DNA from: Macrostomum lignano | Lineage: Eukaryota | Direction of reading: 5' to 3' | Length of the DNA: 64,000 bases | Assembly: GCA_002269645.1 (NCBI GenBank) | Contig: NIVC01000012.1 | Coordinates: 372,001-436,000, forward strand | Shown: piece by piece, positions 12,762-24,552 of the stretch | How the letters are laid out: every line of letters begins with the position of its first letter | Position numbering within the stretch: the stretch's first letter is position 1 | Made by a program: the position numbers and the translations under genes | The notes under the pieces: generated by a model | Told to the model about the DNA's origin: nothing | Seen by the model: only the letters and a program-made list of their open reading frames with translations | Database searches by the model: none

Positions 12762-14296
12762 CCCTATCAAATTGAGATGGCGCCCCCCTATCAAATTGAG
12801 ATGGCGCCCCCCTATCAAATTGAGATGGCGCCCCCCTATCAAATTGAGATGGCGCCCCCCTATCAAATTGAGATGGCGCCCCCCTATCAAATTGAGATGG
12901 CGCCCCCTATCAAATTGAGATGGCTCCCCCTATCAAATTGAGATGGCGCCCCCTATCAAATTGAGATGGCTCCCCCTATCAAATTGAGATGGCGCCCCCC
13001 TATCAAATTGAGATGGCGCCCCCCATCAAATTGAGATGGCGCCCCCTATCAAATTGAGATGGCGCCCCCTATCAAATTGAGATGGCGCCCCCTATCAAAT
13101 TGAGATGGCGCCCCCCTATCAAATTGAGATGGCGCCCCCTATCAAATTGAGATGGCGCCCCCTATCAAATTGAGATGGCGCCCCCATCAAATTGAGATGG
13201 CGCCCCCATCAAATTGAGATGGCGCCCCCCTATCAAATTGAGATGGCGCCCCCCATCAAATTGAGATGGCGCCCCCTATCAAATTGAGATGGCGCCCCTA
13301 TCAAATTGAGATGGCGCCCCCTATCAAATTGAGATGGCGCCCCTATCAAATTGAGATGGCGCCCCCCTATCAAATTGAGATGGCTCCCCCTATCAAATTG
13401 AAATGGCGCCCCCTATCTAATTGAGATGGCGCCCCTATCATATTGAGATGGCGCGCCTATCATATTGAGATGGCGCCCCCCTATCAAATTGAGATGGCGC
13501 CCCCTATCTAATTGAGATGGCGCCCCTATCAAATTGAGATGGCGCCCCCCTATCAAATTGAGATGGCGCCCCCCTATCAAATTGAGATGGCGCCCCCTAT
13601 CAAATTGAGATGGCGCCCCCTATCAAATTGAGATGGCGCCCCCTATCAAATTGAGATGGCGCCCCCTATCAAATTGAGATGGCGCCCCTATCAAATTGAG
13701 ATGGCGCCCCCATCATATTGAGATGGCGCCCCCCATCAAATTGAGATGGCGCCCCCTATCAAATTGAGATGGCGCCCCCATCAAATTGAGATGGCGCCCC
13801 CTATCAAATTGAGATGGCGCCCCCTATCAAATTGAGATGGCGCCCCTATCAAATTGAGATGGCGCCCCCCTATCAAATTGAGATGGCTCCCCCTATCAAA
13901 TTGAAATGGCGCCCCCTATCTAATTGAGATGGCGCCCCTATCATATTGAGATGGCGCGCCTATCATATTGAGATGGCGCCCCCCTATCAAATTGAGATGG
14001 CGCCCCCTATCAAATTGAGATGGCGCCCCTATCAAATTGAGATGGCGCCCCCCTATCAAATTGAGATGGCTCCCCCTATCAAATTGAAATGGCGCCCCCT
14101 ATCTAATTGAGATGGCGCCCCTATCATATTGAGATGGCGCGCCTATCATATTGAGATGGCGCCCCCCTATCAAATTGAGATGGCGCCCCCTATCAAATTG
14201 AGATGGCGCCCCCATCATATTGAGATGGCGCCCCTATCATATTGAGATGGCGCCCCTATCATATTGAGATGGCGCCCCTATCATATTGAGATGGCC
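12762..14296 (+). repeat. Minisatellite, about 23-bp unit CCTATCAAATTGAGATGGCGCCC with variable C-run (about 66 copies)
   Basis: Direct. Confidence 0.96.
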
Positions 14297-16174
14297 AGTT
14301 CAAGTTGCGACTAGAAGTCCACAGACTTCTTGGCTTGTGGTGCCCATGGCTTGGACACCGCTTTTACCTGAATCATAACGCGATTACCCTATGAACTTTG
14401 TGCAAAAATGCTAAATAAATATTCAATCACAATACGCATATCGATCGCAGGAAAACTCCCCAAAAAATGAAAAGAAAATATTGAACAATGATTAGGAATT
14501 CAAAAAAATCCTCCACATTGTTTGATGTGCCAAGATTCCGACTCGTGTTGTGTAAATGTGGAATTCCTTTCCCTTATGCTTAAAGCATTCATTCCATCAT
14601 AATTCCCTGTGCATGGCACTGCAGAGACTATAGGATTAGCGGAGAATAGGAAGGGTGAGGGAGAGCTGGAAGTCCCTGCTCAAGCCACAACGGGGAAGTG
14701 AAGGGCTGAGTCACCCAGCCCACGCTGCTCAACCCCAATTTCGAAGCGCGACTTTCACTTCCTCTGGTTTTACCTTTCCCGTGACCCGTGAACTTTATTA
14801 CTGGGGCTAAGAGCAAGGAAGCCAATAATAATATACCAAATCTAGCTATCATATTAACTTCTACTTCGATCAACTCTAATCTTTGTTTAAATTTGATTTG
14901 ATTTTTAAAGTTTTAATCAACTCTTACACTAGAATTTAAATATTTTTATAGTTTCGTAAAATAAAAATTCCCCTTTTATAACTCGACTACTATTAGGAGT
15001 TTAAGCAGTTTTGAACCTATAAATTTAGTTAAGAAAATAACAAAAATGTATTAATCAAGTAATAAGCAAACAGAAAAACATTTCCGTTGATAAAAAGTTT
15101 GTCTAAACGGCCAACAATTTTAAATATGGAGACTTTATTTTAGTTAAATCAGTCTTTTTTAAATCTGTTCAGCTAAAAAAATACAGTTATAACAAATTTG
15201 AAAAAAACACGGTCTAATATAACTAATTTTAACTGATGTAAAAATGACTTTAAAATTATTTAATATCTCGTTTTGTGAACATTGAAAAATACTTCAGTCC
15301 GTCTTGTCGTATCTATACAAAACATACAAGTTTTAGGTATAAGAGCTGTTTCGACTCCAGGTTTCTAGTTCCAGGTGTCCTTGGCTAGATTCACTATTAC
15401 TAGTCTCGATAACAGAAGCTTAAGACATTTATGCTTTGTCTCCTTAATCGCCCCATTAATCCAGAATTTCTCTGGTCACTTCAGAGCTTTCACTCCAACG
15501 CCGGCTTATAAAAATGCAATGCATTATTTTTACAAACTGTATTAATAAATCTATACGGTATGACATGAAGTCTGTGGCAACGGGTATTTTGGCTAACATT
15601 CTTCACGAAAATGGATTTTTAGAAACTGGAGAAACGAATCTTTATTAAAGTGGCTTAGATCGGGTGTGTGAACATTCACGCTTAAAAATTACCAAACGTC
15701 TCAGCAAATCAAGTTCGACATCATGAAATAACATTCATTTTTGACACGATCGCGCAAAAAAGCAAATTTCGCACACTCCAATCAGCTACTAGCAGTAGGC
15801 GATAATTATATTATCAGAATTTGTTTTATCTTGCTGAATTTTTAAGGGAAGTTAAGAATAACTTACTAAGAAAACTTTGCTCTGCTGAGCAAAGGCCTCT
15901 ATACAGCTATACAGCCTCCCTCTGCAGTCACTGCCATCTCATTCAGCTTTACCCATTCGGCATAGTTTTTAAACCTCTCTCTAACAAATGTAACGACATA
16001 AACCCACAATTGAATAATTATTGCCACGGTCTCCAGCATTTATTAAGGTCACACTGCCTCAGCTCCAGCTAAGCACAACCCCATCGCAGTGCGTTTCAGT
16101 TCACAGAGCTGAAGGTCAGACAGGCGGAGTTCGCAGCGTCCAACGAAAGCCAACGCGGCAGTGGGCGACTCGCG

Positions 16175-18556
16175 TCAGGTGCAGCTGAAGCTCAGCTGCG
16201 TTCTCTTCAGGCAAACAACAACAACAACAACAGAGTACGCTGCCAGTTCACAAAAGCAGCGTCAGATGGCGCGCTTCAAAGCTTGGGCGCGAACAAAAGC
16301 CGCACCGCCGGCAGAGTCCGGGGCGCCGGCGTCAGCCAGCAGACAGTCGACGTAGCGCCGAGTATTCGCCTGTCCCCGCCGGTAGGGTGCCTGCAACGTA
16401 AGTAGCAGCACCTCCTGCACCGGCTCCGGACAGTAGGCCTCGGCGCGGATGACGTGGCCTGCCAGCTGGAGTCGCCGACGGCGCAGCAGATCGCTAGGAC
16501 GGGCCAGGCCGGCGCGATGATAGAGCGCCGTGTTGGTGACTCGCTCGTTGCCGATCTTGAAGGCGGCGCGCAGCAGGCCAGCGTGCGCCGCGTCGACTTG
16601 AGCCTCGAGCGAGTCTGTCAGCGTCCAGGTCTCGGCGTTGTATAACAGGACGGTCTCGATCACCGCCTGGAACAGCGCCGCCCTCTGGCGGTCCGGTAGG
16701 GCCTCGGACTGCAGGACTGACCTTATAGAACGAAAGGCAGCCCAAGCAAGTCCTCGGCGACGCCGCAGATCCTCGCGGACGTCGGGAACCAGACCGCCGA
16801 GGTAGACGAACTGCTGACATCTTGGAAGCTCACTCGCCTGTCCGTCAGCGCCTCGGCAGAAGATTGCAGCCTCGGTGTCGTCCGGCACGCATAGCACGAC
16901 GGTCTTCTGCGTGTTGACCACCAGGCCGACGCTCGCCGCAACGGCAACCAGCCTATCCAGCTGTCGTTGGGCGCCCTCGACGGTCGAGGACAGCAGGGCG
17001 AGGTCATCGGCGTAGCCAAGCACGCTGAGCCGTCTCTCCGGTTGGCGTCGACCCACGCGTCGCCGCAGCAGGAAGCCGTCGTCGTTGGAAGGCAGAGCAG
17101 TCCGTAGCAATCCGTAGGCAAACATCAGTGTGAGATTTATCTTCTGCTGAGCAGTCTAGAGTAGTCTTGGCAAAGGTGACTTGTGCTACTGTCATTACCA
17201 TAGTCAGTGCTGGCGATCACACCGTTTGGGTTGAATAGGTGGCACATTCGGAACCACCAACCAATATGCTCTGCTAATGATTTCGAGCACGGCCGAAGGA
17301 AAACGTCATTGTCCCTATCGTGAGTGCTGAACGGCTGTAAGTTGTGATGCCATCGTATTGCACTATTGAGGTCGCCACCCGGTTCCTGACCACTGAGCAC
17401 CAGCCTGTAGTTCTCGTCCGCTACGCGCACCTGAAAGCCAGTGAAAGTCTGACGCATCAATGAGCCGTCAAATCGAGCTCCCTCAAAGGTGAACTTGCAG
17501 TTCCGGTCCTTGGTCATGTTTGACAGCCGCTCCAGACCTGCGAGATCGGTGAATTAGGACTTGCCCATCACTGTGGCGGCCGCTCAGCTCCTGTGGCCAG
17601 GACCGGTTTAAAGCGATGGTTGGCGGAGCAATGGTTGACATGTCGGAAACGAGCGTTCGGGTGGAATTATTCCGATCATGCTCGCGGCTTCCAACTGCTT
17701 GGGCTTGACAAGTAGTGCGAGTCGCTCTTGAACATCCAATTCTATTCCCTTTCGCTACTCTCCCACCCTCTTCCCGCTCTCCCTTCTTCATTCTCCTTCT
17801 GGGGTCTGTGAGCAGCACTGATTCGCTGTCACTGGATGTCCTGAGCTGACTGACTGAGTCTGCCTCCCTAATCGGTCTGTCTCTGCCTCCTGTCCTCACC
17901 AGTACCTGCTCCGTATATTACACAGGGCTCTTGAATTGCGTTGGATAATCACTCAGATGGGCTCTAAGTCACCCAGCCTCAGGCCGCTCACCCATCCAGT
18001 AGTTGCCGCTGGGATCTCCGAATCCCCTCACGTAGGTGTCCCAGTTCTGTGCGAACGAGAGGCTGTTATCCAGGTGTCGCTGGAAGACCACCTCAGAGCC
18101 GACCTCAGGACTGGGAACAGGGCTGGTTAGCGATCGGACACTGCTGAACTCTTTCTGAGAGCCGTCTTGCAAGCCATAGGGCGCGAATCGCACAGCCTTC
18201 CGGATGTAGGATGGGTCCGCAGAGATTCCTCTCCTGATATTCAAGCACCTGCGCCAGGTGTTGCACAGAAACACCAGCTGACCGGCAGTTCCATCGCTGG
18301 ACACTCGGCCCATGAGGAAGGCACCGAAGTTTTTTCTCAATATTCCACTTTCAGGAACCACTTTCAGTCCCGTGACACGTCGTTCGGCCACTCCAGTGAT
18401 ATTGAGGTCCAGTGAGAGCTCGAACTTATCATAGAATGGGTTGTATCTCAGGGTCGCAGGCTGCCTCACGAAGTCCACCGAAACCTCAGAGGCCGAGGTC
18501 CTCTGTGCGACGGACAGCCAGAGAACAAGGAGAAGCAGCGCAGAGCGGAGTTGCAT
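16175..18556 (-). pseudogene. Fibrinogen-related (FReD) gene, left copy; disrupted
   Basis: Exon 1 is 18556-17992 (ATG G|GTGAG); exon 2 starts at 17537 (GCAG|GT CTG GAG). The 88 nt between ..NGVIA and VCL give a +1 frameshift (premature stop at 17137). An RTE insertion at 16218-17115 splits the ancestral tail VCL|KRTQLSFSCT* (TGA at 16177-16175). Confidence 0.8.
16218..17115 (-). mobile_element. 5'-truncated RTE-type non-LTR retrotransposon (C-terminal RT/thumb)
   Basis: The ORF contains LGYADDLALL, LVVNTQKTVV and FVYLGG. 3' tail is (TTG)n. The 9-bp TSD AGGCAAACA lies at 16209-16217 and 17116-17124. Confidence 0.88.
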
Positions 18557-18635
18557 GGCTGGCTACTAAAGATTTTCTGCTTGGAAGCGCTTTGGACCTT
18601 GGAGACTGGATTCAGAGTGGCGAAGAGCGCTGCTG

Positions 18636-18645
18636 CTTATAAATA
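18636..18645 (-). promoter_or_regulatory. Candidate TATA box (TATTTATAAG) of the left FReD copy
   Basis: About 80 nt upstream of the ATG and conserved in both arms. Confidence 0.5.
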
Positions 18646-18948
18646 CTCGACAGCTCTGTGCTGCTAGTGGGCCACTGCATTTAAACAAATAGCTTTGATT
18701 TCGATATTCCGACAGCTTTTTACCACGTCATTTGATCAATAAATTTATGCATATCTCACAATTCGCAATAGTTTTTATTTATGTTTTGAATAGAAAATTT
18801 GTCTAAGAAAGTACCAGATTTTTCTGCTAATTGCTCGAGTTTTGTTACAAGTAGCTGTTATGTAGCGAAAATGTTGTGAGAAAGGCAAATTTGTGCTTCT
18901 TAGCAGACAAATTTTCGTTTCGATAAATAGCTCGTAATAATAATGATT

Positions 18949-20118
18949 AGTGGTGAGTAGCGTGGCTACTCTGGGTTAGCTAATGCGTCGGGGAGGGGCC
19001 CAAGCGTCGGAGGATCTCGAACCCCACCGGGCGGCATCTGAGAATCCGGAAGACCTTGGTGAGTTACTCAACGCTTTTAACAATAAGGCCACTCAGGACC
19101 AAAGCTCGAAGCCCCAAATAGACAGAGTTAGGCAACAGAGGCAGGTGATGCTGGTAGCGGACTTCCTAGGGGACGCATCCCGTTCGGCCGATGTCGTCCT
19201 GATCCAGGACGCGGAGGGCTAACTGGTGCTCCGTGGAGCCAAAAGCAGCAACATGAAACCAGAGGCGCTGTCCGTCGGGCAGTGGATCATGGCAAACGCC
19301 CAGATCCTTGAGTGTCTCCTCAAATCAGGACAACTCATAGAGCAAACAGTCTCGGAATACATGCAATATACAACGTGCAAGTCGGCGAGCTCCTCGACTG
19401 CGGCTATGATACATCTCGGGTGATGCGGGTGATGCAGTGGCACGTCGACGTAGCCCGGCTCCGCATCGGGATGTCCAAAACCAATCAGCTGGGGCAACAG
19501 GACCAGAATATCCAGCTGCCAAGACTGGCCAGAGGACATCCGCTTTCGCTTTTTAGGCAATTTTCATATTGGTCCCGTTTAGGCACACTCTAAACATCTG
19601 TCGATCAACGGCATCTGCCCGATCAAGACACCCGGCTGGCCACTGTTCAGCTTCCGTTGTAGTCCAAGTTTAACTTTCTGCTTATCTGACTGCTTTCTTC
19701 TCGCCTCCTCTCTCTTTGTCTGGTGTTTGGCCTGTTCCGCCCCTGGTTCGTCCCCTCGCCCGTGTCGCGCTTTCGCTTTCCTTCCTCGGCGTCGTTCGCT
19801 AAGTGGTGAGTAGCGTAGCTACTCTGGGTTGGCGAACGCGTCGCGGGGGGTGGTGGGTGCTTGAGCCTCCCGACCCCGACTCTTGGGAGGCTTTAGGCCG
19901 CGCGGGGCTGCTCTGGCCCGGCTACCCTGCCTCGCCTTTGCAAGCTCAAAATTTTCTTTTTTCATTTATTTTTCCCTTTTAAAGCCACAGTTGTTTTAAA
20001 ATCGCTTTCGTACTGAGCTCATTAAAATACATTCGACCTATCACAGGGGCCTGTTCCGCCCTGGTTCGTCCCCGCCCGTGTCGTGCCTACGTCTTCCTTC
20101 CTCGGCGTCGTTCGCTAA
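18949..20118 (+). mobile_element. Internally deleted Ngaro/PAT-type tyrosine-recombinase (DIRS order) retroelement with split direct repeats
   Basis: Repeat order A1 (18949-18998, AGTGGTGAGTAGCGT..CTACTCTGGGTT), degenerate ORF, B1 (19729-19802), A2 (19802-19850), B2 (20048-20118). The internal reading LSVGQWIMANAQILECLL..EYMQYT/VQVGELL resembles the gag-like ORF1 of DIRS-order elements (from recall); it has one in-frame stop and one frameshift. Confidence 0.65.
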
Positions 20119-20126
20119 TTGATTTC

Positions 20127-20255
20127 ACCTGCACTAATGGGCAGATGTGAAACCGACAGCTCAGCCGCAGCTATTGAGCGACGAATCTGAATTCTGAAGG
20201 CTGTTCAATCCCTGGACTGGGGGGGGGGTCGCCACACACCGTCAATTACACCAGA
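20127..20255 (-). mobile_element. SINE fragment (3' part), same family as 24553, 38710 and 43937
   Basis: Reverse complement contains GTAATTGACGGTGTGTGGCGACCCCC..CAGTCC..AATAGCTGCGGCTGAGCTGTCGG. Confidence 0.85.
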
Positions 20256-20589
20256 TTCTAAATTTAGCAGGGCTAGAGAGCACCCCATAGCAACGCCATC
20301 AAGTAGGCGATAAGTATTGGTTTTCGCAAAAAGGTCGCAAAACTAACATTTTAAAGCATTTTCAGGGATAGTCAGAGGATTGTGTTGGTAGACAAGGTCA
20401 GTGGCGGATCAAACGGGTTGTTATTGAACACAGAGAAGCCAAATAGTAGTAGCTAAACAACAATTATTTGTCACTTAATTAGATTAAGTATCAAGTTAGC
20501 ATAATCAAATTAGCATTAGCATAATCAGATTAGCTTGATTTGATTTTAAGGAAAACTTTGAACAGATCTTTTAGATTTAAGAACCGGTT

Positions 20590-20760
20590 GCGACATATCT
20601 TGACGTCAGGAAAATAGCCAAGACATTGAAATTTGGTCTTGTCATAAAGAATGGCATTCAATTTGTTAACGTAGGCATCAGTGTCTAAGATAGCCACACC
20701 ATATCCTTTATCATAACCCATTATCCTGATCTTCTCATTCTTCCTCAGCTTCTGTTTCAA
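20590..20760 (-). mobile_element. Penelope-like element remnant (pre-RT region)
   Basis: LRKNEKIRIMGYDKGYGVAILDTDAYVNKLNAILYDKTKF resembles the I(x)xADKGxxVV+DxxxY motif upstream of PLE RT. Confidence 0.55.
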
Positions 20761-21590
20761 TGTTGGTGGCTGGTGGCTGGCGTGCTCCTATGCTGCGACT
20801 ACATGTATGAAGAGAAAGAAAGTTGCAGCTGCAGGATAAAATATTTCGCCTCTTCCAAAGATTACAAGCTTCGATCCACTTTGATGTCGATGATCTAGAA
20901 GACTATTGAGACTGAAGTCGTAGTCACTGACTGCAGAAGTAGAAGTCGTAACAATGGCAACGAATACAAAAGTTGCCGAGTTCGACGTGGCCAAAGTGCG
21001 TATCAATGAAAAGCCTATGAAGAGAGAATGGAGCAATATCTTGTTAATACACTCGTCATAAATTTGGCACAAAAGCAAGCGAACCAGACCACAGTGATTG
21101 GAAATGACATTTATCAGTTGCTACGCAGAGGAAACTGTGCCCCGAAGCCGAAAATTGTTAAGCGAGTAGCAAAAACGAAATACGAGTATAAACTAAAAGC
21201 CATGAAAAAATGTAAAATCCGTGCGATCGCACTGAAATTGGCTTCATTTTAAGCCGGTTTGAGCGAGCCTTTTGGCCTCTGAAATTGCAATATCTTCGTC
21301 ACTCGGTAACAAACTGAAATTCGAAAAGAGAAATTCTGCTTAGGAGATAAATTTGATAATTTTCAATACGTTTTTGACTACATAGCAGCTACTTGTAACA
21401 AAACTCAAGCAATTAGCAGAAATATTTTCTTGAGTCAATTTTTTCAAGTCAAAAAAGTATAGTGAATTGTGAAAATATGCAGAATTTTATTGATCAAATG
21501 GTGTGTCAGAAAGCTGTCGGAATATTGAAATCACAGGCGAAATCACGCTGTTTGAATGCAGCGGCCCACTAGCAGCACAGAGATGGCGAG

Positions 21591-21600
21591 TATTTATAAG
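21591..21600 (+). promoter_or_regulatory. Candidate TATA box (TATTTATAAG) of the right FReD copy
   Basis: About 80 nt upstream of the ATG at 21680. Confidence 0.5.
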
Positions 21601-21679
21601 CAGCAGCGCTCTTCGCCACTCCGAATCCGATCTCCAAGGACCGAAGCGCTTCCAAGCAGAAAATCTTCAGTAGCCAGCC

Positions 21680-23086
21680 ATGCAACTCCGCTCTGCGCTG
21701 CTTCTCCTTGTTCTCTGGCTGTCCGTCGCACAGAGGACCTCGGCCTCTGAGGTTTCGGTGGACTTCGTGAGGCAGCCTGCGACGCTGATATACAACCCAT
21801 TCTATGATAAGTTCGAGCTCTCACTGGACCTCAATATCACTGGAGTGGCCGAACGACGTGTCACGGGACTGAAAGTGGTTCCTGAAAGTGGAATATTGAG
21901 AAAAAACTTCGGTGCCTTCCTCATGGGCCGAGTGTCCAGCGATGGAACTGCCGGTCAGCTGGTGTTTCTGTGCAACACCTGGCGCAGGTGCTTGAATATC
22001 AGGAGAGGAATCTCTGCGGACCCATCCTACATCCGGAAGGCTGTGCGATTCGCGCCCTATGGCTTGCAAGACGGCTCTCAGAAAGAGTTCAGCAGTGTCC
22101 GATCGCTAACCAGCCCTGTTCCCAGTCCTGAGGTCGGCTCTGAGGTGGTCTTCCAGCGACACCTGGATAACAGCCTCTCGTTCGCACAGAACTGGGACAC
22201 CTACGTGAGGGGATTCGGAGATCCCAGCGGCAACTACTGGATGGGTGAGCGGCCTGAGGCTGGGTGACTTAGAGCCCATCTGAGTGATTATCCAACGCAA
22301 TTCAAGAGCCCTGTGTAATATACGGAGCAGGTACTGGTGAGGACAGGAGGCAGAGACAGACCGATTAGGGAGGCAGACTCAGTCAGTCAGCTCAGGACAT
22401 CCAGTGACAGCCAATCAGTGCTGCTCACAGACCCCAGAAGGGGAGTGGGGAAGGAGAGCGGGCAGAAGGGCGAAGGAGAAAAGAATTTGATGTTTACAGT
22501 ACAGATCACGCCAAGGAATAATTCCACCTGACCGTTCGGTTTTGACCTTACGTGTGGCGGGGAACAAAGCAAGCAGCTGTCCAAAACCATCGCTTTAAAG
22601 CAGTGCCGGCCGCCACAGTTGATAGGCAATTCTTAACTCACCGATCTCGCAGGTCTGGAGCAGCTGTCAGCCATGACGAAGGACCGGAACTGCAAGTTCA
22701 CCTTTGAGGGAGCTCGATTTGACGGCTCACTGATGCGTCAGACTTTCACTGGCTTTCAGGTGCGCGGAGAAGACACGAACTACACACTGATGCTCGGGGG
22801 TGAGGATCCGGGTGGCGACCTCTATAATGACACACGACGGTTTCACAACCTTCAGCAGTTCAGCACTTACGATAGGGACAATGACGGCCTTCATGGGTCC
22901 TGCTCAGTAACACAAACAAAGAAAACCGGTTGGTGGTTCCGGTACTGTCACTTCTTTAACCCAAATGGTGTGATTGCTGAAATCCAAGTGGATGAAATAT
23001 TTTGCCTTGGATACTGCGTAGCAACAGACGTATTCGGCGCTTATATTTGCCTGACGAGAACGCAGCTGACCTTCAGCTGCACCTGA
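21680..23086 (+). CDS. Secreted fibrinogen-related domain protein (FREP/ficolin-like), join(21680..22244,22653..23086), 332 aa
   Basis: Signal peptide MQLRSALLLLVLWLSVAQ. FReD motifs: VFQRHLDNSLSF..WDTYVRGFG..GNYWMG|LEQLSAMT, FSTYDRDND, GWWFRYC..FNPNG. Phase-1 GT-AG intron; 565+434=999 nt with a stop. Confidence 0.9.
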
Positions 23087-24552
23087 CACGGGTCGCCCAA
23101 CTGCCGCGTTGGCTTTCGTTGGACGCTGCGAACTCCGCCTGTCTGACCTTCAGCTGATTGACTCTGTGAACTGAAATGCACTGCGATGGGGTTTTGCTGA
23201 GCTGGAGCTGAGGCATCGTGACTTCAATAAATAAATTCTGGAGACAGTTGCAATCATTATTCAACTGTGGGTTTATGTCACTGTAGTTATTAGAACTGCC
23301 GGGAAATATGCCGAATGGGTGAAACTGAATGAGATGTCAGTGGAAGTAGAGGTAGGCTGTAGGTGGCCAGCCTTTTAGAGTTGCTAAAAGTTCTCTTGCG
23401 TGTAACGCAAGCTGCGCACGTGTAGACTAATGAGAGCCTTAGGGCCAAAGCTGAATATTAAAAGTACATTAATTCGCTGCACAGGCTGCCTGATGTGGCG
23501 CAGAAATTTCACTTCTGACTAATTGAATTGACAGATTGATGTCAGTTTCACCTGTTAGTCCACTGCTGCCGTTGCTTGCTAATTCAGCTCGTCATAAGAT
23601 CTTTCAAAGCGAGACAGAAATAAGCAATTAAAAAAGAAACATCATATTTGACTTTATCACTGATTCTCTTCAGTGCTGTCGGAGCTTTTAACGGGGCTTT
23701 TAAGATTATGGAAAGTTTTTCGCTTTTTAATGAGGAAAAATGTTTTCACGAATCCTATTTTTAAGATTTTATGAGACTATATTCCTATATAGTAAAAATT
23801 CAAATTTGACGAAGTTATTTTATATCAACACAAGTTTACTCGACGCGAAACGAATCAGGGCAAACTTTTTTAATCAATCTACTGTTATTTAAGCGTGCAC
23901 GGGTTATTTCTATTTTAAAGTTCTCTCTGGAACTTTTATACCTGGGGTGCTTCCTGCTTCCTGCTACAGGAAACATGTGGTCGCCAAAGTTCTACTGAAT
24001 TTCGGTCATCATGCTGCCCACCCTGACTGATTTAGACAGTCTCAGTCGAGTCGCAATCTTCGTCCACTGCTACGGCCCAGAGACTAAGTAGCAGAGCCGT
24101 CAAGAGGAGAACCATCAGTGACGAGTGACGAGGATGTGCCGGTGAAAGTTGGCCGCGAGCAAAGCAGTTGTGACAGTTGTGACCACATTACTGTTAAGAA
24201 TGTAGCTATTTCAAAAAAATAATAGAAAACTGACTTGCAAAAAAATTGTAAAGTGAGTTTGCTTAATAATGTCTGCTTAATATATTTTCCAGTTGTTTTT
24301 TGGTGGGCGTAGTCGCGAAGTGATGCATGATTGGTCAGGACTTGTTAAACAATAATTAAGCTTAGGCAAGAGAGAGTGAGTCATGTACAACAATGTGGAG
24401 CAGAGAGAGTAGTAAGCTATTGATCGGGAGAAGCTTTTTACAATCGTTAAATTATGAGACGGCTTGTGCATTTGGAATGCACTCAGCAACAGCTCTCAGG
24501 CATGCTTGATGGGGTTCATATATGGGAGAGACGACCTGTTTAAATAAGCCTA

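Larger units (their letters stand above)
15885..18925 (-). repeat. Left arm of a large inverted duplication (partner 21320-23370)
   Basis: Reverse-complement similarity traced by eye from the 3' flank (e.g. 16071-16190 vs 23050-23200) through both exons to the upstream region. Confidence 0.9.
21320..23370 (+). repeat. Right arm of the inverted duplication (partner 15885-18925)
   Basis: As for the left arm. Confidence 0.9.

Noticed and set aside
10530-14296. CRISPR-like regular 23-31 bp repeats
   Set aside because: Units are directly adjacent with no unique spacers, there are no cas genes, and the context is eukaryotic.
20380-20450. GIY-YIG-like peptide CVGRQGQWRIKRVVIEHREA on the + strand
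   Set aside because: Too short and degenerate to call, and opposite in orientation to the neighbouring PLE fragment.
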